Assembly: GCF_037042905.1 (NCBI RefSeq)
Contig: NC_087245.1
Span: forward strand, 4,528,001-4,592,000
DNA from: Lytechinus pictus
Taxonomy: Eukaryota
Direction of reading: 5' to 3'
Length of the DNA stretch: 64,000 nucleotides
Below the pieces are notes generated by a model. It did not search any database and was not told where the DNA came from. It saw nothing but the letters and a program-made list of their open reading frames with translations. Below are positions 26,770-39,454 of the stretch, in pieces. How positions within the stretch are numbered: position 1 is the first letter of the stretch; each line of letters begins with the position of its first letter. The translations under genes and the position numbers were made by a program.

Positions 26770-26947
26770 GTGTGTATTTGAGTTTTGTCAGACGTGTATC
26801 AATCAGGTATGCTTATTTACGTCTGGGACCGACCTTTATTAACGTCACTATCCGAAAGACATCATCAGGGCTCGAACCTCGAACCTCTGCATCAATTTGT
26901 AACTTCCCCACAGCTTGGATTACAGGCGCACGCCACAACGCCCAGTT
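26770..26947 (-). mobile_element. SINE with a 7SL/Alu-domain-like 5' head
   Basis: Minus strand reads ACTGGGCGTTGTGGCGTGCGCCTGTAATCCAAGCT (27/35 identical by eye to the 7SL 5' end GCCGGGCGCGGTGGCGCGTGCCTGTAGTCCCAGCT). This is followed by a B-box-like GGTTCGAG, GTCTTTCGGAT..GACGTTAA and a CA-rich tail. Confidence 0.7.
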
Positions 26948-27362
26948 GCATATTAGTATTGGATTCAGACCCTACATTCCATTTTTTTAAGATAGCTAAA
27001 CCCAATTAGCCGATCCATAAATAGATGTACAATATTTATATATCGATATATATATTTATAATTAATTTGAGGATAAAATATATTTAAAGTTAATATAAGA
27101 AGAAAATCTTTACAAAATTTTGAATAAGTTTGTTATAGAGGCTACAGATTCGACGAGAGGGATTTCCCTGAGAGCAGTATTGAGGTAAAGGAAGTGTGCT
27201 AATTGGATAACAAAAAGCTAGGAATTCCATGAAAAGAGTCTTTACAAAGACCGTCTTTTCATGTCGCCGATTTGCTATGATGTGTTGAACGGTTGCGGGT
27301 GGTACGTGTGGGTGCGGGGTGCTCTGGACGGGGTTCTCGGAGGAAAAAAGGCAATACAGAAT

Positions 27363-27394
<32 letters not shown>

Positions 27395-28299
27395 GAATAT
27401 CAAGGGGAAAAAACACCAAGGAGATTCTCCGCGTTGAATTTGAAAGCAAATACAACAAGAAATATTTTTACAACATGCTTAAGTTTTTAAGAATCGAGTA
27501 GGGCCCGCTCTTCCAACAATCTAATCTTGCTATATTAGCTAAAAAGATAAACTTTTTACTTTGCTTTATTTTCAACAAACACAGATGAACTTTCATGATC
27601 GCAAATTGTAATTGGCTGTCGAACCTCTTTTATCTGGTGTTGACTATAATGACCGAACTTCCCGGGAAAATGTTGATGTATGAATAAACACTAGCATTGT
27701 ATTTGTATTTCAATGTTCTCTCTAAGCACCGTTTGAGCATTTATATTGGAATGGGTACATAGTATATCAAAGATCAAACATATCCCGAAAATTCAGCACT
27801 TTCCATGCCCCATGTTTCCATGTTTCAAATCTGAAAGATTTGTTAAAGCTTCTTAAAATGATCCCTGCGTGTTGGCATGAAAAATTATATTTTCAGCCCC
27901 TTATGCCTAAGGGTTTGTTACAAATCAATTTTACAGAGACATAGGTCTAAAATTCTAAAATGTAAATGGGCGAAGCCAAAATGAAGAAAACAATAAAACA
28001 TTATCAAATCAACGTACAAGAAACCCACACAAACACGAAACAAAAAAGTGTGCATGCCATAGGGTAAAACAAAAAGGAAAGCATAAACAAAAAGAAAGTG
28101 TGCAGAAAAAAAAGAATAGTGAAAACTTAGATTTTATAGCACGTACTTGGCGACATAAACGGAATACTGCATTGACAAATACTTTATATACGTATATAGG
28201 GCCTACATATATTTATTTTTACTACGTGGTAGATTTTTTTTTTGGGGGGTGGGCCTTAAAACTCCCCAGAGCCGACCCCCCCCCCCCCCCCCCCCCGAA

Positions 28300-31200
28300 A
28301 CAACGCCTGCATGTTGGCATGCAATGCTTGGAAGCATATTCATTTTTTTTATTGTGAGTTTGCTTTTTGTCATTATTATTTTTTTTTTTTGGGGGGGGGT
28401 GGAATATCCCATCATATCATCCAAGTTTAAAAGTTCACATCATTTACCGGATAGCAAACATGTTCTCGTAATTGCTGTTTTTATTTATCATATTCATTTA
28501 TTCGGTTTAAAACAAATAATCGTTTCTGCTAGTGGAGTGTAAAAAAATAAAATGTGGAATCTCCGTTGATTAATTCACTTTCAAATACCACAGATTCAGT
28601 TCATTTTTTCCAAATTATTTTTCTTAAAACCTCCATGAGAACCGAATCTATCAACTTGCGGGTCTGCGTAGAATAGACTACAACTCGGGTTTCACTCACC
28701 AAATTCAGCCTCTCGCCTGCTAACCGACTCTAGCAACTTGCGGGTATGCGTAGAATTGACTACAACTCGGGTCTAACCCACCAAATTCAGCCTCTCGTCT
28801 GCTGGGCTTATATGGGCTAGCGCTTGTATGTCAGCGTTTTAAAAACATGACAGGTTTTGGTCCGAAAAACCTTTCCTTTTATCCAAGGATGACAAATTCC
28901 TATCGCAATTTTCCCCCGAATTTTCCCCATGCAAGAGAAACTATGATTACCCTTGTTTTAAATTGAAATACATTGCCGACAAGCATTCATATTCAATTCT
29001 TTTTTATTGTGAGTTTGCTTTTTTTTGGGGGGGAGGGTATCCTATATCCGACGACTATTTACTTCAAAGTATTTTGATTGACATTTTCCTGTTCAGTTTC
29101 ATGCTAATTGTATATAATAGTTACTTTTGTTCACATGATTTTCCAGAATATTTCCTCGGAAATGTTGCTGTTTTTATTTATTTCATTCATTTATTTGGTT
29201 TAAAATAAATCATTGTTTAAATTGATTCTTCCGCTAGTGGAGTGCAAAAAAAAATCTGGAACCTCCGTTGATTAGTTCACTTGAAAATACCCAAGATTCA
29301 GTTCATTGTTTTCAAGTTATTTTTCTTAAAACCTCCATGAGAACCGACTCTAGCAACTCGCGAGTCTGCGTAGAATAGACTACAACTCGGGTCTAACTCA
29401 CCAAATTCAGCCTCTCGTCTGCTGAGCTTATCATGATAGGTGACTGTGTGGGATAGCGCTTGTATGTCAGCGTTTTAAAAACACATGATAGGTTATGGTC
29501 CTAAAACCTTTCTTTTATCCAAAGATGTTAAATTCAGCTATCACAATTCTTCCCATGCAAGTGAAACTTTGATTAACCTTGTTTTAAATTGATATAAATT
29601 GCCGACAAGCATTCATATTCATTTTTTTATTGTGAGTATGCTTCTTTTTTTTTTTGGGGGGGGGGGGTATAAGAATATCCTATATCCGACATGTTCAAGA
29701 CTATACGTGCTTTTTACTGTAAAATAATTTGATTGACATTCTCCTGTTCAGTTTCTTGCTAATTGTAATTGTTACTTTTGTTCACATGATTTACCAGAAT
29801 ACTTTCCTCGGAAATGTTGCTGTTTTTATCCATGCATTTATTTGGTTTGAAATAAATCCTTGTTTAAATTGTTTCCTCCGCTAGTGGAGTGTAAAAAATA
29901 AACTCTGGAATCTCAGGTGATTATAGTTCATTTTAAAAATACCCAAAGATTCAGTTCATTGATTTCAAGTTATTTTTCTTAAAACCTCCATGAGAACCGA
30001 CTCTAGCAACTTGCGGGTCTGCATAGAATAGACTAAAACTCGGGTTTAACACACCAAATTCAGCCTCTCGTCTGCTAGGCTTATCATGATAGGTGACTGT
30101 GTTGGCTACTCGGGTTTAACACACCAAATTCAGCCTCTCGTCTGCTAGGCTCATATAGCGCTTGTATACTATGTCAGCGTTTTAAAAACACATGACAGGT
30201 TTTGGTCCTAAAACCTGTCCTTTTATCCAAAGATGTTAATTCAGCTATCGCAATTTTTCCCATGGAAGTGAAACTATGATTACCCTTGTTTCAAATTGAA
30301 ATACATTGCCGACAAGCATTCATATTCATTTCTTTTTTATTGTGAGTTTGCTTTTTTTATTGGGGGGGGGGGTAAGAATATCCTATATTCGACATGTCCA
30401 AGACTACGTACTATTTACTTTAAAGTATTTTGATTGACATTTTCCTATTCGGTTTCTTGCTAATTGTAATTGTTACTTTTGTTCACATGATTTACCAGAA
30501 AATTTCCTCGGAAATGTTGCTGTTTTTATTTATTTATTTCATTTATTTGGTTTGAAATAAATCCTTGTTTAAATTGTTTCTTCCGCTAGAAAAGTGTAAA
30601 AAATAAAATCTGGAATCTCCGGTGATAAGTTCATTTTGAAATACCCAAAGATTCAGTTCATTGTTTTCAAGTTATTTTTCTTAAAACCTCCATGAGAACC
30701 GACTCTAGCAACTTGCGGGTCTGCATAGAATAGACTAAAACTCGGGTTTAACACACCAAATTCAGCCTCTCGTCTGCTAGGCTTATCATGATAGGTGACT
30801 GTGTTGGCTACTCGGGTTTAACACACCAAATTCAGCCTCTCGTCTGCTAGGCTCATATAGCGCTTGTACTATGTCAGCGTTTTAAAAACACATGACAGGT
30901 TTTGGTCCTAAAACCTGTCCTTTTATCCAAAGATGTTAATTCAGCTATCGCAATTTTTCCCATGGAAGTGAAACTATGATTACCCTTGTTTCAAATTGAA
31001 ATACATTGCCGACAAGCATTCATATTCATTTCTTTTTTATTGTGAGTTTGCTTTTTTTATTGGGGGGGGGGGGTAAGAATATCCTATATTCGACATGTCC
31101 AAGACTACGTTCTATTACTTTAAAGTAATTTGATTGAAATTTTCCTGTTCAGTTTCATGCTAATTGTATTTGTTACTTTTGTTCACATGATTTACCAGAA

Positions 31201-33770
31201 TATTTCCTCGGAAATGTTGCTGTTTTGATCCATGCATTTATTTGGTTTGAAATAAATCCTTGTTTAAATTGTTTCTTCCGCTAGAAAAGTGTTAAAAATA
31301 AAACTGGAATCTCCGGTGATAAGTTCACTTTGAAATACCCAAAGATTCAGTTCATTGTTTTCAAGTTATTCTTCTTAAAACCTCCATGAGAACCGACTCT
31401 AGCAACTTGCGGGTCTGCGTAGAATAGACTAAAACTCGGGTCTTACTCACCAAATTCAGCCTCTCATCTGCTAGGCTTATCATGATAGGTGACTGTGTAG
31501 GCTACTCGGGTTTAACACACCAAATTCATCCTCTCGTCTGCTAGGCTTATCATGATAGGCGACTGCGTGGACTAGCGACAGGTTTTGGTCCAAAAACCTT
31601 TCCTTTTATCCAAAGATGTTAAATTCATATCGCAATGTTTCCCATGCAAGTGAAACTATATTAACCTTGTTTTAAATTGAAATACATTGCCGACAAGCAT
31701 CCATATTCAATTATTTTTTTGTTAATTGCTTTTTTTTTTTGGGGGGGGGTAAGGATATCCTATATCCGACATGTTCAAGACTACGTTCTATTACTTTAAA
31801 GTAATTTGATTGAAATTTTCCTGTTCAGTTTCATGCTAATTGTATTTGTTACTTTTGTTCACATGATTTACCAGAATATTTCCTCGGAAATGTTGCTGTT
31901 TTTATCCATGCATTTATTTGGTTTTAAATAAATCCTTGTTTAAATTGTTTCGTCCGCTAGAAAAGTGTTAAAAATAAAACTGGAATCTCCGGTGATAAGT
32001 TTACTTTGAAATACCCAAAGATTCAGTTCATTGTTTTCAAGTTATTCTTCTTAAAACCTCCATGAGAACCGACTCTAGCAACTTGCGGGTCTGCGTAGAA
32101 TAGACTAAAACTCGGGTCTAACTCACGAAATTCAGCCTCTCATCTGCTAGGCTTATCATGATAGGTGACTGTGTAGGCTACTCGGGTTTAACACACCAAA
32201 TTCAGCCTCTCGTCTGCTAGGCTTATCATGATAGGCGACTGCGTGGACTAGCGACAGGTTTTGGTCCAAAAACCTTTCCTTTTATCCAAAGATGTTAAAT
32301 TCATATCGCAATGTTTCCCATGCAAGTGAAACTATATTAACCTTGTTTTAAATTGAAATACATTGCCGACAAGCATCCATATTCAATTATTTTTTTATTA
32401 ATTGCTTCTTTTTTTTTTGGGGGGGGGGGGGGTAAGGATATCCTATATCCGACATGTTCAAGACTACGTTCTATTACTTAAAAGTAATTTGATTGAAATT
32501 TTCTTGTTCAGATTCATGCTAATTGTATTTGTTACTTTTGTTCACATGATTTACCAGAATATTTCCTCGGAAATGTTGCTGTTTTTATTCATGCATTTAT
32601 TTGGTTTGAAATAAATCCTTGTTTAAATTGTTTCTTCCGCTAGAAAAGTGTAAAAAATAAAATCTGGAATCTCCGGTGATGAGTTCATTTTGAAATACCC
32701 AAAGATTCAGTTCATTGTTTTCAAGTTATTTTTCTTAAAACCTCCATGAGAACCGACTCTAGCAACTTGCGGGTCTGCATAGAATAGACTAAAACTCGGG
32801 TTTAACACACCAAATTCAGCCTCTCGTCTGCTAGGCTTATCATGATAGGTGACTGTGTTGGCTACTCGGGTTTAACACACCAAATTCAGCCTCTCGTCTG
32901 CTAGGCTCATATAGCGCTTGTACTATGTCAGCGTTTTAAAAACACATGACAGGTTTTGGTCCTAAAACCTGTCCTTTTATCCAAAGATGTTAATTCAGCT
33001 ATCGCAATTTTTCCCATGGAAGTGAAACTATGATTACCCTTGTTTCAAATTGAAATACATTGCCGACAAGCATTCATATTCATTTCTTTTTTATTGTGAG
33101 TTTGCTTTTTTTATTGGGGGGGGGGGGGGTAAGAATATCCTATATTCGACATGTCCAAGACTATACGTTCTATTACTTTAAAGTAATTTGATTGAAATTT
33201 TCCTGTTCAGTTTCATGCTAATTGTATTTGTTACTTTTGTTCACATGATTTACCAGAATATTTCCTCGGAAATGTTGCTGTTTTTATCCATGCATTTATT
33301 TGGTTTGAAATAAATCCTTGTTTAAATTGTTTCTTCCGCTAGAAAAGTGTTAAAAATAAAACTGGAATCTCCGGTGATAAGTTCACTTTGAAATACCCAA
33401 AGATTCAGTTCATTGTTTTCAAGTTATTCTTCTTAAAACCTCCATGAGAACCGACTCTAGCAACTTGCGGGTCTGCGTAGAATAGACTAAAACTCGGGTC
33501 TAACTCACCAAATTCAACCTCTCGTCTGCTAGGCTTATCATGATAGGTGACGGTGTTGGCTACTCGGGTTTAACACACCAAATTCAGCCTCTCGTCTGCT
33601 AGGCTTATCATGATAGGTGACTGTGTTGGCTACTCGGGTTTAACCATGGACCTATTTCGTAATAGGTAATAGCTCCATGGTTTAACACACCAAATTCAGC
33701 CTCTCATCTGCTGGGCTTATTATGATAGGTGACTGTGTGGTCTACTCGGGTAGTAACAAACCAAATTCAA
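28300..33770. repeat. Tandem array of ~650-700-bp units, about 8 copies
   Basis: AAAACCTCCATGAGAACCGA recurs at ~28627, 29327, 29981, 30683, 31377, 32053, 32737 and 33435. Internal ~60-bp subrepeats CACCAAATTCAGCCTCTCGTCTGCT. Confidence 0.95.
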
Positions 33771-33774
33771 GTTC

Positions 33775-36700
33775 TTGTCACATACATCTTAGATAAATGA
33801 ACAAATTAACTATCAAGAACGTTTTAAGATTGTTTCGACGGAACTGTCAGGCACGTTTAAAAAAAATTGAAGTGCCTACAAATATGAAAGTACATTTGAT
33901 GTACCTTTCTCTATGAACTCCCGTTCACCAAAAAAATATATAAAACAGGCATTGCTCTGATAACGACAAAGAAAAATAAAACAGATAGAAGTCACAAACA
34001 TCTTAGATAAATGAACAAACTATCAGGAACTTTTTAAAGTTGTTTCGAGTTGCTCACAATTAAAAATATATTATATATATATATATATATACCCTTCGTT
34101 ACCACGGTCATGAACGCCGTTGTCCTAAAAGAATAGTAAATTACGCAAGAGAAATAAAACAAAATGGAAGTCACAAACATCTTCGATTATCGACAAACTT
34201 TCATGAACGTTTAAAAAATTGAAGTGCTTACAAATATAAAAGTAAATTTTATGTACCTTTCTTTATGAACTCCCATCCTCCAAAAGGAAATATAATAGAT
34301 GCAAGGAAAATGAAATAAAATAAAAGTCGCAAACATCTCAGATTCATGAACGAACTATCAGGAACGTTTTGAAATTATTTTTAGCTGCTCATAAGTAAAA
34401 ATATATTTTATATACATTTTGTTAAAGAAACTCCCGTTCTCCAAAAAGAAATATAAAAGACAGGGATGGAAAATAAAACAGAATAGAATTCACAAACATC
34501 TTAGATTAATGTACGACCTTATAACGTTTTAAAATTATTTTGAGGTGCTCACAAGTAAAAATGCATTTTATACTCTCGTTATGAATTCCCGTTCTCCAAG
34601 ATGAAATAATTATAAAAGACGTATATTATTCGGATAACGGCTGAAATAAAACAGGAAAGAAGTGAAGAACATCTTAAATAAATGAACAAACTATCAGGAA
34701 CGTTTCAAAATTATTTCGAGTTGCTCACATTTTAAATATACCTTTCGTTTTGAACGCCGTTCTCCTAAACGAATAGTAAATTACGCAAGAGAAATAAAAC
34801 AAAATAGAAGTCACAAACACCCGGCATAAACATCTTCGATTAATGAACAAACTTTCAGGAACGTTTTAAAAAAAGAATTGAAGTGCTTATAAATACAAAA
34901 GTAAATTTTATGTACCTTTCTTTATGAACTTCCGTTCTCCGAAAGGAAATATAAAAGACGCAATTAAAATAAAACAGAATAAAAGTCGCAAACATCTCAG
35001 ATTCATCAACGAACTATCAGGAACGTTTTAAAACTGTTTTGAGCTGCTTACAAGTAAAAATATAATTTATGTTATTTACATTTCGTTAAAAAAACTCCCG
35101 TTCTCCTAAAACAAAGATAAGGGACGGAAGGAAAATAAACAGAATAGAAGTCACAAACATCTTAGATAAATGAACAAACTATTAAGAACGTTTTAAATTT
35201 ATTTTGAGGTGCTAACAAGTAAAAATGCATTTTATATATCTCTCGTTATGAACTCCCGTTCTCCAAAATGAAATATAAAAGACGTATATTATTCGGATAA
35301 CGGCTGAAATAAAACAGGAAAGAAGTCACAAACATCTTAAATAAATGAACAAACTATCAGGAACGTTTCAAAATTATTTCGAGTTGCTCACATTTTAAAT
35401 ATACCTTTCGTTTTGAACGCCGTTCTCCTAAACGAATAGTAAATTACGCAAGAGAAATAAAACAAAATAGAAGTCACAAACACCCGGCATAAACATCTTC
35501 GATTAATGAACAAACTTTCAGGAACGTTTTAAAAAAAGAATTGAAGTGCTTATAAATACACAAGTAAATTTTATGTACCTTTCTTTATGAACTTCCGTTC
35601 TCCGAAAGGAAATATAAAAGACGCAATTAAAATAAAACAGAATAAAAGTCGCAAACATCTCAGATTCATCAACGAACTATCAGGAACGTTTTAAAACTGT
35701 TTTGAGCTGCTTACAAGTAAAAATATAATTTATGTTATTTACATTTCGTTAAAAAAAATCCCATTCTCCTAAAACAAAGATAAGGGACGGAAGGAAAATA
35801 AACAGAATAGAAGTCACAAACATCTTAGATAAATGAACAAACTATTAAGAACGTTTTAAATTTATTTTGAGGTGCTAACAAGTAAAAATGCATTTTATAT
35901 ATCTCTCGTTATGAACTCCCGTTCTCCAAAATGAAATATAAAAGACGTATATTATTCGGATAACGGCTGAAATAAAACAGGAAAGAAGTGAAGAACATCT
36001 TAAATAAATGAACAAACTATCAGGAACGTTTCAAAATTATTTCGAGTTGCTCACATTTTAAATATACCTTTCGTTTTGAACGCCGTTCTCCTAAACGAAT
36101 AGTAAATTACGCAAGAGAAATAAAACAAAATAGAAGTCACAAACACCCGGCATAAACATCTTCGATTAATGAACAAACTTTCAGGAACGTTTTAAAAAAA
36201 GAATTGAAGTGCTTATAAATACAAAAGTAAATTTTATGTACCTTTCTTTATGAACTTCCGTTCTCCGAAAGGAAATATAAAAGACGCAATTAAAATAAAA
36301 CAGAATAAAAGTCGCAAACATCTCAGATTCATCAACGAACTATCAGGAACGTTTTAAAACTGTTTTGAGCTGCTTACAAGTAAAAATATAATTTATGTTA
36401 TTTACATTTCGTTAAAAAAACTCCCGTTCTCCTAAAACAAAGATAAGGGACGGAAGGAAAATAAACAGAATAGAAGTCACAAACATCTTAGATAAATGAA
36501 CAAACTATTAAGAACGTTTTAAATTTATTTTGAGGTGCTAACAAGTAAAAATGCATTTTATATATCTCTCGTTATGAACTCCCGTTCTCCAAAATGAAAT
36601 ATAAAAGACGTATATTATTCGGATAACGGCTGAAATAAAACAGGAAAGAAGTCACAAACATCTTAAATAAATGAACAAACTATCAGGAACGTTTCAAAAT

Positions 36701-37850
36701 TATTTCGAGTTGCTCACATTTTAAATATACCTTTCGTTTTGAACGCCGTTCTCCTAAACGAATAGTAAATTACGCAAGAGAAATAAAACAAAATAGAAGT
36801 CACAAACACCCGGCATAAACATCTTCGATTAATAAACAAACTTTCAGGAACGTTTTAAAAAAAAGAAGTGAAGTGCTTATAAATACAAAAGAAAATGTTA
36901 TGTACATTTCTTTACGAACTTCCGTTCTCCAAAGGAAATATAAAAGACGCAATGAAAATCAAAAAGGATAAAAGTCGCAAACATCTCAGATTCATCAACT
37001 AAGTATCAGGAACGTTTTAAAACTGTTTTGAGCTGCTTACAAGTAAAAATATGAATTATGTTATTTTACATTTCGTTAAAAAAAACTCCCGTTCTTCAAA
37101 AACAAAGTAAGAGACGGAAGGAAAATAAACAGAATAGAAGTCACAAACATCTTAGATATATGAACAAACTATAAGAAACGTTTTAAAATTGTTTTGAGTT
37201 GTTCACAATTTAAAATATATTTTATGTACCTTCCGTTATGAACGCCGTTCTCCTATAAAAGAATAATTAATTACGCAAGAAAATAAAACAAAATAGAAGT
37301 CACAAACATCTTAGAACTATCAGGACGTCTTAAGTGCTTACAAGAATAAAAGTAAATTCTATTTACCTTTCGTTATGAACTCCCGTTCTAAAAAATACGT
37401 GTAAAAGATGCATTATTCACAAACATCTAAGATTAATGATCGAGCTATCAGGAACGTTTTAAGATTGTTTTGTGTTGGCTAACCGGTAAGATATATATAT
37501 ATTATATATATATATATATATACATGAGTTGGCTAACATGTAAAATATACTCATACAACTCTTGTCCCCTCCTCCCCCCCCCAAAAAAAAAAATATATAT
37601 ATATATCAATGAATCGTTAATACTCTGACAGCAGTGGAAATGAATAAAACAGAAGAAAAGTCACAAACATGCATCTTAGATTAATAATCGAACTATCAGG
37701 AGCGTCTTAAACCTGTTTTGAGGTGCTAAGCTATTAAAGTAAATATAAATGTAATATACTTTTCATTTTGAAATCCCGTTCTCCAAAAATAAATATAAAA
37801 TACGCATTATTCTGACGACAGAAGAATAAAAAACAGAATCATAAGTCATT
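33775..37850. repeat. ~165-bp AT-rich satellite with a 663-bp 4-mer higher-order repeat
   Basis: Monomer marker GTCACAAACATCTTAGA...GAACAAACTATCAGGAACGTTT. Diagnostic CCGGCAT at 34821, 35484, 36147 and 36810 (period exactly 663). Confidence 0.95.
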
Positions 37851-39454
37851 GGGTCCGATCAAGACCAAACATACTTTGACTTCTTTATTGAAAAGGGGCC
37901 CCAGCGGAGTACGGACCGATACCACCATGACCACCGCTGGTCATGGATACCACACACAAAACATGAAGCTATTAACAGAGTTTCATGCACAAAATGTTCG
38001 TACGCACTGCACACACAATCTTCTAATGGGCTGGTACTAGGTGAGAGCTAACTGTCTTTTGCTACTTAAAGAGGATTATCCCTAATAGGATTACCGAGGA
38101 AAGACATAGGACTGGAAACTTAATCCTCAGAAAGACCCTGTGGAATGTGGTGTCTTGAACCCGAGTTAGCAAGTTATATTAGGGCAAAGGCCTAACAGGC
38201 CGTTTTCGTCATGTGACCCCCTAAACAATTACAGCGATATTTATATTGTTATGTCACGGACGTCGGTTTTACCTTCACCTACATCATTGGGTTTAGTACA
38301 GCCCCACCTCTCACATCTCACGCAAATCGTACTCTAAACACGTAGTGTTGACTCTTGGGGCAGAAGTACATCCTTCATAAAACATTTTAGTCTTAATTTT
38401 TTACATCCACGCAAATTTGACCCTAAATACATAGCTATCATACAAAAAATAGATACCCTTTTTTCATTATTTAAGTGTTTTTGACACCCTTATCACGTTA
38501 CGTACATATTATGGCCTATCTTGAAAAAGACATCCTTTTTACATGTTTTTTTAGTCGCGCATGGTATCCACTCCTCAATGTAAGTGCCCCCCCCCCCGGG
38601 TCAATGATTTACATCCTTACATCCCATTCTGTGACTGATTTACTTTCAGTCTGTTTTCTGCCCTTTAATATTTTCATTTTGTTTCTAACACATAGGTAAA
38701 AATTTTACAAGCTTGGGTGAATGTTTTAAAAAGGAACAATATGTTGTCAGTCCCACCTCATCCCTTCATTTCCCAAATATTTCATCTTGTGAATGCAAAC
38801 ACCTTGATATATGTTTTTTTAGTGAAACATATAAACAATATTATAATATAACAGAAAATGAAAGTATATAGGTATCAAAATTATAGATGTTCATGCAAAA
38901 TCATGCATGTCATTGTCAGCTAAATGTACACAGCCAAAATATACTACACAATCAAATTAACAAAGGAATGAAGATGCACTGACAGCACTGTAAGTCCAAA
39001 TCTTTTAAGAGGATGGTTGCTTAGCAACAATAGCTTCCTATATATATCGATGGATGGACTTAAGATGGCTGGCTAACAAGTTTGATAGAATGACACGCAG
39101 TATCTAGGTCGCTCTATAATTGAAGTGGAATCTAATATCCAAGCCATGCAAATGGAGACAAAGCCTAAAGGCATTCTGAAAATTATGCAATTTTCTTTTA
39201 GCAATGCAATTACCCCAAGACCAGAGTTACAGATATATCAAAAAAACATTTTGGAAACAGTATTGAGGTAAAAGTACATGTATTGGCCTACTTTATATGT
39301 TTGTTTTCACATAATGTAAAGACAAGCAATAGCAACCAAAAATATTTCAATACTAAAGTCAATATTCAATGTTTAACAAACTGCACACAGAGAATCAAAC
39401 ACATAACTAATTTGAAATGAATCCTAGTTAAAGTGAACATGTTTCATAATGTTA

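Larger units (their letters stand above)
23836..38213. mobile_element. Large non-coding TIR element (CMC/EnSpm-like by CA..TG ends and 2-bp TSD), ~14.4 kb
   Basis: TG|CATGACGAAAACATCCCATTAG ... CTAACAGGCCGTTTTCGTCATG|TG. TIR is 12 bp perfect and about 22 bp imperfect. The host MITE halves lie on either side. Confidence 0.7.
23639..38599. mobile_element. MULE-like MITE (9-bp TSD) split by a ~14.4-kb nested insertion
   Basis: Left CCGGG(G)nCCACTTCCATTGACAAGTGGATACCATGCGC; right GCGCATGGTATCCACTCCTCAATGTAAGTG(C)nGG. Perfect 9-bp TSD GTCAATGAT (23630-23638, 38600-38608). Confidence 0.85.

Noticed and set aside
26770..26947. Human Alu contamination or a true 7SL (SRP) RNA gene
   Set aside because: Similarity ends after about 45 nt. 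There is no Alu dimer, A-rich linker or SRP S domain, and it is contiguous with native repeats.
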